Assembly: GCA_036279475.1 (NCBI GenBank) | Contig: DASUJB010000147.1 | Span: 1,070 to 65,069, forward strand | Reading direction: 5' to 3' | DNA: 64,000 bases | Source of the DNA: Acidimicrobiales bacterium | GTDB lineage: Bacteria > Actinomycetota > Acidimicrobiia > Acidimicrobiales > VFJN01 | Shown: positions 56,857 through 64,000 of the stretch, one piece after another | Layout: the number at the start of each line of letters is the position of its first letter | Position numbering within the stretch: the stretch's first letter is position 1 | Notes under the pieces: generated by a model | Told to the model about the DNA's origin: nothing | The model's input: only the letters and a program-made list of their open reading frames with translations | The model's database searches: none | Position numbers and translations under genes: made by a program

Positions 56857-58122
56857 TCAGCCCTCGATCTCGAACAGGTCCCGCAGCGCGGCGACCAGCC
56901 GGTCACCGCGGGCGGTACCGGCGGCGTCCTTGAGGACCACGGTCGGCTGGTGCAGGAGCTTCGCCACCACCCCCCGGGTGACGGCGTCGACGAGGGCGAG
57001 CTGTCGAGGGTCGAGCTCGGCGTACCGGGCACCCAGCCGGTTCAGCTCGGCGGCGCGGACCGCCTCGGCCCGCTGGCGCAGGCCCACGATCATGGGGGCG
57101 ACCTCGCGGGCCGACGAGGCTCCCAAGTACCGCTCCAGCTCGTCGGCGAGGATGGCCTCGACCGCCGCCACCTCGCGGCGGCGGCCGGCCACGCCGGCGG
57201 CGGCGAACGTCCGCACGTCGTCCATGTCGAGCAAGGTCACGCCGGCCACCTCGGCCACCGCCGGATCGACGTCGCGGGGCACGGCGATGTCCACGACCAG
57301 GAGCGGTCGCCCGGCACGGGCCGCCATGACCGGGGCGACGTCGGCCTTCTCGACCAGTGGGGCCCGCGAGCCGGTGGACGTGAGGAGGACGTCGACCCGG
57401 CCCAGCTCCTCGGGCACGTCCAGGAGCGCCACCGCCCGCCCCCCGACCCGGGCCGCCAGCTCGCGGGCACGGCCCGGCGTGCGGTTGGCGACGGCCACGT
57501 CGGCGGCCCCGGCCCCGGCGAGCGCCGCGGCCATGCCCTCGCCCATCTCACCGGCGCCGACGACCAGCACGCGCGTGCCGGCGACCCCGCCGAGGTGCCG
57601 AGCAGCCATGGCGACGGCCGCCTGCGAGACGGAGGCGATGCTACGGGCGATGCCGGTCTCGGTGCGGGCCCGCTTGCCGGCCTCGAGGGCGTGGCGGAAG
57701 AGCAGGTTGAGGGTGGGACCGGCCGCGCCCTCGGCCCGGGACCGCTCCCAGGCGGCCTTGATCTGGCCCTGGATCTCGCTCTCCCCCAGGACGGCGGAGT
57801 CGAGGCCGGCCGTCACGGACATGAGGTGGGCGGCGGCCGCCGAGTCGTAGTGGACGTAGAGGTGGTCGGCGAAGTCCTCGGGAGGGAGGAAGGAGAAGTC
57901 GGCGAGGAAGCCACGGATGTCGCTGTAGGCGCCGTGGAACCGCTCGGCCACCGCGTAGACCTCGGTGCGGTTGCAGGTCGACAGCACCATCGCCTCGCTG
58001 ATGTGGTCGCGCGTGGTGAGGTCGTGCAACGCCTTGGACATCTGCCCCTCGCCGACGGCCATCCGCTCGAGGAGGTCGAGGGGTGCGGTGCGGTGGTTCA
58101 GTCCGATGACGACGACAGACAC
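56857..58122 (-). CDS. hemA: glutamyl-tRNA reductase
   Basis: The 872-aa ORF 56857..59475 was trimmed to the GTG at 58122, giving 421 aa. It has VIGLNHRTAPLDLLE and STCNRTEVY. It overlaps the upstream gene by 25 nt. Confidence 0.9.
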   Translation of the reverse strand: MSVVVIGLNHRTAPLDLLERMAVGEGQMSKALHDLTTRDHISEAMVLSTCNRTEVYAVAERFHGAYSDIRGFLADFSFLPPEDFADHLYVHYDSAAAAHLMSVTAGLDSAVLGESEIQGQIKAAWERSRAEGAAGPTLNLLFRHALEAGKRARTETGIARSIASVSQAAVAMAARHLGGVAGTRVLVVGAGEMGEGMAAALAGAGAADVAVANRTPGRARELAARVGGRAVALLDVPEELGRVDVLLTSTGSRAPLVEKADVAPVMAARAGRPLLVVDIAVPRDVDPAVAEVAGVTLLDMDDVRTFAAAGVAGRRREVAAVEAILADELERYLGASSAREVAPMIVGLRQRAEAVRAAELNRLGARYAELDPRQLALVDAVTRGVVAKLLHQPTVVLKDAAGTARGDRLVAALRDLFEIEG

Positions 58123-58730
58123 GCGCGCAGGCGCTCCTTCGCTTCGTCGAGCCGGCCGGCCCGGAGCATGTCCAGGATTCCCGAATCGAGCGCCTCTTGC
58201 CAATCGAGCCGCTCGGTGCCCAGGCCGCGTTCCTGTACCTCGTGCCGCACCTCGGACACCAACTCGATGAGGGCGTCGAACTCGGGGCCGTGGGCGTCGG
58301 CCAGCCGCCGACGCACCCAGGCGGCGACGGCCGGGCTGTGCCCCCCGGTCGACACCGTGAGCACCAGCCGCCCCTGGCGCACCCGCGCCGGGAGGATGGC
58401 GCTGCACCAGCGGGGGTCGTCCGCGCTGTTGACCCAGACGCCTGCCGCCTCGCCGTCCTCGTAGACCTGCCGGTCCACGGCGACGTCGCCCGTGGCCACG
58501 ACGGCGAAGCGATAGGCGGCGACCTCCCCCGACCGGTAGGGCCGCACCTCGGTCGCCACGTCGAGGGCGGCCAGCTCGGGCAGGACGTCCGGTGCCACGA
58601 CGGTCACCACCGCGCCGGCCTCGAGCAGCCCACGCGCCTTGGCCAGCGCCACGCGCCCCCCGCCGACCACCAGGCAGGGCCGGCCGGCCAGCAGGAGGTT
58701 GACGGGGTACACCGGCTCGTCGACGGGCAC
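58098..58730 (-). CDS. precorrin-2 dehydrogenase / sirohydrochlorin ferrochelatase-like protein (SirC/CysG N-terminal type)
   Basis: 210 aa with a Rossmann motif in LVVGGGRVALAKARGLLEAGAVVTVVAP, and an overall layout like the siroheme synthase N-terminal domain. Confidence 0.75.
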   Translation of the reverse strand: MPVDEPVYPVNLLLAGRPCLVVGGGRVALAKARGLLEAGAVVTVVAPDVLPELAALDVATEVRPYRSGEVAAYRFAVVATGDVAVDRQVYEDGEAAGVWVNSADDPRWCSAILPARVRQGRLVLTVSTGGHSPAVAAWVRRRLADAHGPEFDALIELVSEVRHEVQERGLGTERLDWQEALDSGILDMLRAGRLDEAKERLRACLSSSSD

Positions 58731-58745
58731 GTCGCCACCCGCCCG

Positions 58746-59444
58746 TCAGCCCGCCGGGGGCGCCAGCGCCTCGGGGGGCGGCACGCTCCCCACGTCGGCC
58801 ACCCGACGCTGCTGGTAGAAGCTGAGGATCTGCAACTCCACCGCGAGGTCGACCTTGCGCAGCGACACCTCGGGCGGCACCACCACCATGGTCGGCGCGA
58901 AGTTGAGGATGGAGGTGACCCCGGCGGCGATCATGCGGTCGGCCACCTCCTGGGCGGCGGCGGCGGGGGTGGCGATGATGCCGATGGCGATCCGGTGGTC
59001 GGCGGCGATGTCGTCGAGCTCGTCGACGTGGCGGACCGTGACCCCGTTCACCTCGGTCCCGACGACGGCAGGATCGGCGTCGACGAGGGCCGCGACGGGG
59101 AAGCCCCGCTCGGTGAACCCGGCGTAGTTGGCAAGGGCGTGCCCGAGGTTGCCCACGCCCACGATGACCACGTGCCACTCCTTGGTGAGCCCCAGCTCCC
59201 GGCTCATCTGGAAGATGAGGTACTGGACGTCGTAGCCGACACCCCGGGTGCCGTAGCTGCCCAGGTAGCTGAGGTCCTTGCGGACCTTGGCCGCGTTGAA
59301 GCCGGAGAGCTCGGCCAGGCGCTCGGACGAGATCGTGGGCATGCCGTCTCCCGCCGCCGCTAGGAGGCTGCGGAGGTAGATGGGCAGGCGGTTGACGGTC
59401 GCCTCGGGGATCTTGCGCACGTGCCGCCTGCTTCCCTCCGCCAT
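58746..59444 (-). CDS. rex: redox-sensing transcriptional repressor Rex
   Basis: 232 aa, with RLPIYLRSL, KVRKDLSYLGSYGTRGVGYDV and the NAD(H) Rossmann motif VIVGVGNLGHALANY. It heads the hem gene string, as in Streptomyces rex-hemACD. Confidence 0.9.
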   Translation of the reverse strand: MAEGSRRHVRKIPEATVNRLPIYLRSLLAAAGDGMPTISSERLAELSGFNAAKVRKDLSYLGSYGTRGVGYDVQYLIFQMSRELGLTKEWHVVIVGVGNLGHALANYAGFTERGFPVAALVDADPAVVGTEVNGVTVRHVDELDDIAADHRIAIGIIATPAAAAQEVADRMIAAGVTSILNFAPTMVVVPPEVSLRKVDLAVELQILSFYQQRRVADVGSVPPPEALAPPAG

Positions 59445-59452
59445 GGCCGGGG

Positions 59453-59486
59453 AATCTACCCTGCGGGCCTTTCACGTGCTCACAAG
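59453..59486 (-). promoter_or_regulatory. candidate rex promoter (-10 TAGATT) with an overlapping Rex half-site
   Basis: The minus strand reads GCTTGTGAGCACGTGAAAGGCCCGCAGGGTAGATTCCCCGGCC followed by the ATG. TAGATT (59458-59453) ends 8 nt before the ATG, which suggests a leaderless or near-leaderless mRNA. TTGTGAG matches only the left ROP half-site. Confidence 0.3.
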
Positions 59487-59505
59487 CGGCTGCGTGCCGG
59501 TCGCG

Positions 59506-59595
59506 CTACCGAGCGAGCAGCAGCAGCTGGATCACCGACGCCCCGAGGATGAGGGCCAGCAGGACCGCGAGGACGATCGTGGTGCCGGGCCTCAT
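59506..59595 (-). CDS. unlisted 29-codon hydrophobic small ORF (MRPGTTIVLAVLLALILGASVIQLLLLAR)
   Basis: I translated it by hand. The ATG at 59595-59593 overlaps the TGA of the DUF62 gene (ATGA at 59592-59595), and the TAG lies at 59508-59506. It has a single predicted TM helix and is too short for the ORF track. Confidence 0.45.
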   Translation of the reverse strand: MRPGTTIVLAVLLALILGASVIQLLLLAR

Positions 59596-60482
59596 GCCCG
59601 CCGCCGTGGCTGGAGGTGCACGGGGGACGTGGGCCCGCCACCGACGTCGCCGTCGCCGGGCCCGTCGTCGAGCGAGGCGAGCACGATCTCGTCGCCAGCC
59701 TCGAGGCCCAGGTCGTCGGCCGCGGAGGCCCGGGCCATGCTGACGGCCAGCAGCCCGTAGCTGTCGACCAGCAGCCCCACCTGGCGTGGCTTGAGCTCGC
59801 CGTAGGTGTGCACCCGCACGGCGGCGCGGGTGGCCGGGCGGGGACGGGTCCAGCGCAGCTGCACGCGCTCACCCCAGGGGTCGAGGGCCTCGGGGTCGAC
59901 GTTGAGCTGGCAGTTGCCGTAGCGGTCGACCCACAGCACCTCGCCCACGATGGTCCCCCGCTCCTCGCGGGCCAACGGCATGATGCCGGGGACGAGCTCG
60001 TGGAGGTCGACCGGCGCGCCCAGCTCCTCGGCGGGCACGCCGGCGGCCAGGTGCGCCGCCGCGGGGGCGAAGACGTCCCGCCCGGCGAAGGTCGGGCCCG
60101 GTGCCGGCAGCTGGTAGGCGGGGTTGGTCAGCTCCACGGCGGCGGTCGCACCGCCGGACATGTCGGCCGCCGAGGCCAGCACGCCGTTGTCGGGACCGAT
60201 CAGGAAGGACTGCCCACCACCGACCTCGACGGCGAGGGCACGGCGATCGGTGCCGACGCCGGGGTCGACGATGGCGAGGACCACGCCGGGGCACAGGTAC
60301 TGGACGCTGCGGGCCAGCGTGAGGGCCGCCCCCCTCGTGTCGTAGGGGGCGATCTCGTGGGTGATGTCGACGACCGCCACGTGCGGGGCGATCGAGCGGA
60401 TGACCGACTTCACCACGCCGACGAACTCGTCGCGCGTGCCGTAGTCGGACAGGAAGCTGATCGTGTCGAAGCGGGGAGCCAT
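59592..60482 (-). CDS. SAM hydroxide adenosyltransferase family protein (DUF62, SAM hydrolase/halogenase-like fold)
   Basis: ORF 59592..60653 trimmed to the ATG at 60482, giving 296 aa. It has SFLSDYGTRDEFVGVVKSVI, DPGVGT, GPDNGV and FAGRDVFAPAAAHLA. Confidence 0.85.
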   Translation of the reverse strand: MAPRFDTISFLSDYGTRDEFVGVVKSVIRSIAPHVAVVDITHEIAPYDTRGAALTLARSVQYLCPGVVLAIVDPGVGTDRRALAVEVGGGQSFLIGPDNGVLASAADMSGGATAAVELTNPAYQLPAPGPTFAGRDVFAPAAAHLAAGVPAEELGAPVDLHELVPGIMPLAREERGTIVGEVLWVDRYGNCQLNVDPEALDPWGERVQLRWTRPRPATRAAVRVHTYGELKPRQVGLLVDSYGLLAVSMARASAADDLGLEAGDEIVLASLDDGPGDGDVGGGPTSPVHLQPRRRA

Positions 60483-60636
60483 GCGGACGCGAGTGTGTCG
60501 GAGGGGGCGCTCCCGCACCACCCCGTGACGGCACGGGGCCCTCCCGGCCGCCGAGCGGTCGGCCGGGGGCCGCCGGCACGTGGCGGCGGCCACGGCGAGC
60601 GGCGGGTCGTGTGGTGCTGGACGGGGGGTCGCCAGG

Positions 60637-61431
60637 TCAACCGCCGAGGGCACGGCTGCGCTCCGTGGCGGCCACCACGGCGTCGAGGAAGGCGGCCCGC
60701 ACCGCCGCCGACTCCAGGGCGCGCAGCCCGGCAGCCGTGGTGCCGGCCGGCGACGTGACCGCCGCCCGCAGCGCCTCGGGCCCCTCCGGCGACTCGGCCA
60801 GCAGGCGAGCCGCGCCCAGGAGCGTCTGGACCACCAGGGCGTGGCTCGTGGCCCGGGACAGGCCCACCAGCACCCCGGCGTCGACCATGGCCTCGGCCAC
60901 GAGGAACAGGTAGGCGGGGCCGGAGCCCGACAACCCGGTCACCGGGTCGAGGAGCCCCTCGTCAACCCGGACGACCGTGCCCACCGCCCCCAGCACCTGC
61001 TCGGCCCAGTCGAGGTGGGCAGGGGTGGCTGCCGCTCCCCCGGCGATGGCGGCGGCACCCGCCCCCACCAGGGCTGGCGTGTTGGGCATGGCCCGGACGA
61101 CGGGCGTGCCCGGCGCCAGGGCGGCCTCGAGGCGGGCGGTCGTGACCCCGGCGGCGATGGACAGGACCGGCGACGTGGGCGTCCCCCCCAGGGCACGACA
61201 GGCCGACTCGACGTCGTCCGGCTTGACCGCCAGGACGTGGCCGTCCGCCGTGTCCGGCTCGGCGGCGACGTCGACCCCGGCCAACCGGTCCCGCAGCTCC
61301 GCCGCCCGGGCGGGCAGTCGCTCGACGATGCGCAGGGCAGCGGGCGGGGCCCATCCGGCGGCCAGGAGGCCACGCACGAGCGCCTCGCCCATCTTCCCCC
61401 CGCCGATGACCTGGAGCCGGGGCGTCGCCAT
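60637..61431 (-). CDS. proC: pyrroline-5-carboxylate reductase
   Basis: ORF 60637..61542 trimmed to the ATG at 61431, giving 264 aa. It has VIGGGKMGEAL, RAMPNTPALVG, SGSGPAYLF and VTSPAGTT. Confidence 0.9.
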   Translation of the reverse strand: MATPRLQVIGGGKMGEALVRGLLAAGWAPPAALRIVERLPARAAELRDRLAGVDVAAEPDTADGHVLAVKPDDVESACRALGGTPTSPVLSIAAGVTTARLEAALAPGTPVVRAMPNTPALVGAGAAAIAGGAAATPAHLDWAEQVLGAVGTVVRVDEGLLDPVTGLSGSGPAYLFLVAEAMVDAGVLVGLSRATSHALVVQTLLGAARLLAESPEGPEALRAAVTSPAGTTAAGLRALESAAVRAAFLDAVVAATERSRALGG

Positions 61432-61540
61432 GAACGGCGACGTTAGCGAAGCTCGGTCGGCGCAGCGGCCGCCCGGCCCGGCGCGGCGCCCCTCGACTTC
61501 CCCGATCGAGGTGCCGGCCGGGCCGGCCGTCCGGTTGGCC

Positions 61541-61570
61541 ACGATAGTGCAGGAAACAACCCAAGATCAA
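61541..61570 (-). promoter_or_regulatory. sigma-70-like promoter candidate for proC (TTGATC-N18-TATCGT)
   Basis: It lies in a locally AT-rich island. TTGATC is the reverse complement of 61565-61570 and TATCGT of 61541-61546, about 110 nt upstream of the proC ATG. Confidence 0.25.
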
Positions 61571-61590
61571 CTGGAAATCCTGGACGTATG

Positions 61591-61614
61591 GCGTCACGTC
61601 GAGAATCGTGACGC
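61591..61614 (-). terminator. perfect 8-bp stem hairpin spanning the stop codon of the YbjN-domain gene
   Basis: GCGTCACG (61591-61598) and CGTGACGC (61607-61614) flank an 8-nt loop. On the minus-strand transcript it is followed by a relatively U-rich stretch. Confidence 0.35.
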
Positions 61615-62061
61615 GAAGCCGATGCGTAGCGCCGGCTGGAAGAAGCGCTCGACCCAGGCGTAGAGCGAGCCGAGGATCCGGTCGAGCTCGTCGTCGTCGA
61701 TGCAGCCGTTGCCGAGCTGCCCGACGAGGAACACCGCGTCCTCGTCGCCGATGGCGAAGGCCGCGCCGTGCAGCTTGGCGTTCTGGCGCAGCAGGTAGGC
61801 GTAGAGGGAGCCCTCGTTCTCCTCGGGGGCAGGCATCACGTAAGTCTCGTAGTGCAGCGAGCGCTGCCTGAGGTGGAACCAGATCGTGAAGACGTCCTTG
61901 GCCTCGCCGCGGACGCGCACAAACCAGCGTCGCTCCCCGCTCAGGTCGTCGCGCTCGACCGCCGCCACCACCGGGTTGGCGAGGCGCTGGCGCTCGAGCC
62001 ACGCCTCGATGCGCCCCCCGAGCGCGTCGAGCTCCTCCTCGGTCGAGGGACGCTGGGTCAT
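61594..62061 (-). CDS. YbjN domain-containing protein
   Basis: 155 aa. The pattern RWFVRVRGEAKDVFTIWFHLRQRSLHYETYVMP ... AFAIGDEDAVFLV resembles actinobacterial YbjN-like proteins. Confidence 0.6.
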   Translation of the reverse strand: MTQRPSTEEELDALGGRIEAWLERQRLANPVVAAVERDDLSGERRWFVRVRGEAKDVFTIWFHLRQRSLHYETYVMPAPEENEGSLYAYLLRQNAKLHGAAFAIGDEDAVFLVGQLGNGCIDDDELDRILGSLYAWVERFFQPALRIGFASRFST

Positions 62062-62104
62062 GCGCGCAACCTATCCGCCCGGGCTGGCGGCCCCAGCGCC
62101 CCGC

Positions 62105-63343
62105 TCAGCGCGCGCAGGACACCGGTGACCGGGCCGACAGGTCGGCGTAGATGCGTCGCAGCCGACCGGCGGCGGTCGGCCACCGGTAGGCCCGGGCGCG
62201 GGCCGCGGCCTGCACCGCCAGCTGGCCGGCCAGCACCGGGTTGTCCAGTACCTGGGCCGCGTAGGCCGCGTACACCGCCGGGTCGCGTCCGTCGACCAGG
62301 AAGCCGGTGTGACCGTGGTCGACCAACGTGCGCAACCCGCCCACGGCGGCGGCGACGACGGGCGTGCCACAGGCGGCCGCCTCCAGGGCCACCAGGCCGA
62401 ACGACTCGCTGCGGCTCGGTACCAGCACGACGTCCGCCGCCCGGTAGTAGGAGGACAACAGGTGGTGGGGCTGCGGGGGGGCGAAGCGGACGCGGTCGCC
62501 CAGCCCCAGCTCCGCCACCAGCTCGCCGACGCGCGCCGCCTCCTCGCTCCCGGCGCTGCCACTCGCCCCTCCCACGACCACCAGCACCGCGGTGGGGTCG
62601 TCGAGCTGGGCCAACGCCCGCACGGCCACGTCGAGGCCCTTGAGCGGTTGGATCCGCCCCACGAACAGGAGGACGGAGCCGTCGCCCGGCACGAGCTCCG
62701 GCAGCGCGGCCCGGGCGCCCGCCCGGTCGCCCGGGGAGAAGAAGGCGTGAACCACACCGGGGGGGACGACCTCGATCCGCCGGGGATCGGCGCCGTAGAG
62801 CCGCTCCAGCTGAGCGGCCTCGGCCGGGCAGTTGGCCAGGATCACGTCGGAGCAGCCCACCACCTCCGCCTCGGCCTCGATGCGCCGCTGCGGCTCGCGG
62901 TCGCCGGTGGTCGCCTTGACCCGCGCCAGGGTGTGGAAGGTCGACACCAGCGGCAGGCCCAGCTCGTGCTTCAGGCGGTGACCGGCGACGCCCGACAACC
63001 AGTAGTTGGCGTGGAGCGCCTCGATCCCGAGGCCGCGGCTCTCGGCTGTCGCCAGCTGCCGGAGGACCCCGTCGGCGAACTCGTCGACGACCTCGGGCAG
63101 CGCCTCCTTGGGCAGGTCGGGGTGCCCGGCGGGCACGTGCACGACTCGGAACCCGGGCTCGACGTCGACCACGTCGGGCAGCCAGTCGGCCCATCGACGG
63201 GTGAAGACCTCGCTGGCCACGCCGGCCTGTGCCAGGGCCGACACCAGCTCTCGCACGTAGACGTTCATGCCCCCGCTGTCACCGGCGCCCGGTTGGACGA
63301 GCGGCGACGTGTGGAGGGAGAGGACGGCGACCCGGCGCACCAC
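62105..63343 (-). CDS. mshA: D-inositol-3-phosphate glycosyltransferase (mycothiol biosynthesis)
   Basis: The 611-aa ORF 62105..63940 was trimmed to the GTG at 63343, giving 412 aa. It has RRVAVLSLHTSPLVQPGAGDSGGMNVYV and the GT4 C-terminal ESFGLVALEAAACGTPVV. Confidence 0.9.
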   Translation of the reverse strand: MVRRVAVLSLHTSPLVQPGAGDSGGMNVYVRELVSALAQAGVASEVFTRRWADWLPDVVDVEPGFRVVHVPAGHPDLPKEALPEVVDEFADGVLRQLATAESRGLGIEALHANYWLSGVAGHRLKHELGLPLVSTFHTLARVKATTGDREPQRRIEAEAEVVGCSDVILANCPAEAAQLERLYGADPRRIEVVPPGVVHAFFSPGDRAGARAALPELVPGDGSVLLFVGRIQPLKGLDVAVRALAQLDDPTAVLVVVGGASGSAGSEEAARVGELVAELGLGDRVRFAPPQPHHLLSSYYRAADVVLVPSRSESFGLVALEAAACGTPVVAAAVGGLRTLVDHGHTGFLVDGRDPAVYAAYAAQVLDNPVLAGQLAVQAAARARAYRWPTAAGRLRRIYADLSARSPVSCAR

Positions 63344-63476
63344 GGCACCGAACAGCGCCCGTCGCCGAGGAATTCCCGGCCGGGAGGCGCGTCGGCCGGG
63401 ACCCGGCAAGGTCGTGTGCAGGGCCCGGCCCCGGGGTAGGTTGCGAGCGATCCGCCCGACGACCAAAGGAGAGCCG

Positions 63477-64000
63477 ATGGCTTTCGAGCTTCCTCCGCTT
63501 CCGTACGCCAAGGACGCCCTTGCCCCCCACATGAGCGAGAAGACGCTCGAGTACCACTGGGGGAAGCACCACCAGGCGTACGTCACCAACCTGAACGGCC
63601 TCATCGAGGGCACGGACCTCGAGGGCAAGTCGCTCGAGGAGATCATCCTGGCGGCCGAGCCCGGCGGTGTCTTCAACAACTCGGCCCAGGTGTGGAACCA
63701 CACGTTCTTCTGGAGCTGCATGACCCCCGGCGGCGGCGGCGAACCCGACGGCGACGTGAAGACGGCCCTCGAGCAGTCCTTCGGCTCGGTCGACGAGTTC
63801 AAGCAGACCTTCACCGACAAGGCCAAGACGCTCTTCGGCTCCGGGTGGACCTGGTTGGCCAAGGGCGACGGCGGCCTCGAGATCCTGCAGACCAAGGACG
63901 CCGACCTGCCGCTCAAGCACGGCAAGACGGCCATCCTCACGCTGGACGTCTGGGAGCACGCGTACTACCTCGACTTCCAGAACGCCCGGCCGGCCTACAT
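63477..64000 (+). CDS. sodB: superoxide dismutase, Fe/Mn family with Fe-type signature (3' end outside window)
   Basis: This gene is not in the ORF track because there is no stop before the window edge. The ATG at 63477 follows AAGGAGAG. The translation is MAFELPPLPYAKDALAPHMSEKTLEYHWGKHHQAYV ... FNNSAQVWNHTFFW ... DVWEHAYYLDFQNARPAY. Confidence 0.85.
   Translation, partial: MAFELPPLPYAKDALAPHMSEKTLEYHWGKHHQAYVTNLNGLIEGTDLEGKSLEEIILAAEPGGVFNNSAQVWNHTFFWSCMTPGGGGEPDGDVKTALEQSFGSVDEFKQTFTDKAKTLFGSGWTWLAKGDGGLEILQTKDADLPLKHGKTAILTLDVWEHAYYLDFQNARPAY

Noticed and set aside
54371-58464. ORFs 54371..56839 and 56047..58464 (plus, ~800 aa each) across the hem genes
   Set aside because: They are antisense to cobA/hemD, hemC and hemA. 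Their composition is Arg/Pro/Gly-dominated and there is no domain signal.
59468-59485. A full 18-bp Rex operator upstream of rex
   Set aside because: Only the TTGTGAG / CTCACAA half matches. The other arm is in direct rather than inverted orientation, so I report it only as a half-site.

Overview
High-G+C (about 70% by eye), almost fully coding chromosomal segment of actinobacterial character: mshA for mycothiol, rex followed by hemA-hemC-cobA/hemD-hemB-hemL, a MenJ-like geranylgeranyl reductase, and frequent GTG/TTG starts. I saw no rRNA, CRISPR array, transposase or integrase, and one tRNA (Tyr).

The window is dominated by an unusual respiratory supercluster. From 42661 down to 4805, 36 consecutive minus-strand genes encode:
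- a seven-gene b6-type Rieske/cytochrome b operon: split cytochrome b6 plus subunit IV, Rieske protein, membrane di-haem cytochrome c, a soluble 2x[4Fe-4S] ferredoxin, and two membrane proteins of unknown function;
- a complete 14-gene nuoA-N operon starting 25 bp downstream of it;
- an ECF-type sigma factor with a very long low-complexity tail, 4-nt-coupled to a membrane protein;
- a second, divergent 11-gene nuo operon (nuoABCDHIJKLMN) with no nuoEFG;
- an NDUFAF7/MidA-family methyltransferase and acetyl-CoA synthetase.

The flanks are ordinary housekeeping genes: acyl-CoA dehydrogenase, yajQ, htpX, lgt, pgi-gnd-zwf, haem biosynthesis, a DUF62 SAM hydrolase, proC, mshA and an Fe-type SOD.

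The most interesting leads are the ferredoxin-bearing b6-type complex with a conserved haem-ci cysteine, the EFG-less complex I paired with a MidA homologue, an N-terminal TEIPEHL(L/R)KR motif shared by two respiratory membrane proteins, Rex-operator-like AT-rich palindromes in front of both respiratory transcription units, and an unlisted 29-codon hydrophobic small ORF.

All functional calls rest on my reading of the translated ORFs. No database search was run. Many very long ORFs in the track are off-frame or antisense artefacts of high G+C and were discarded.
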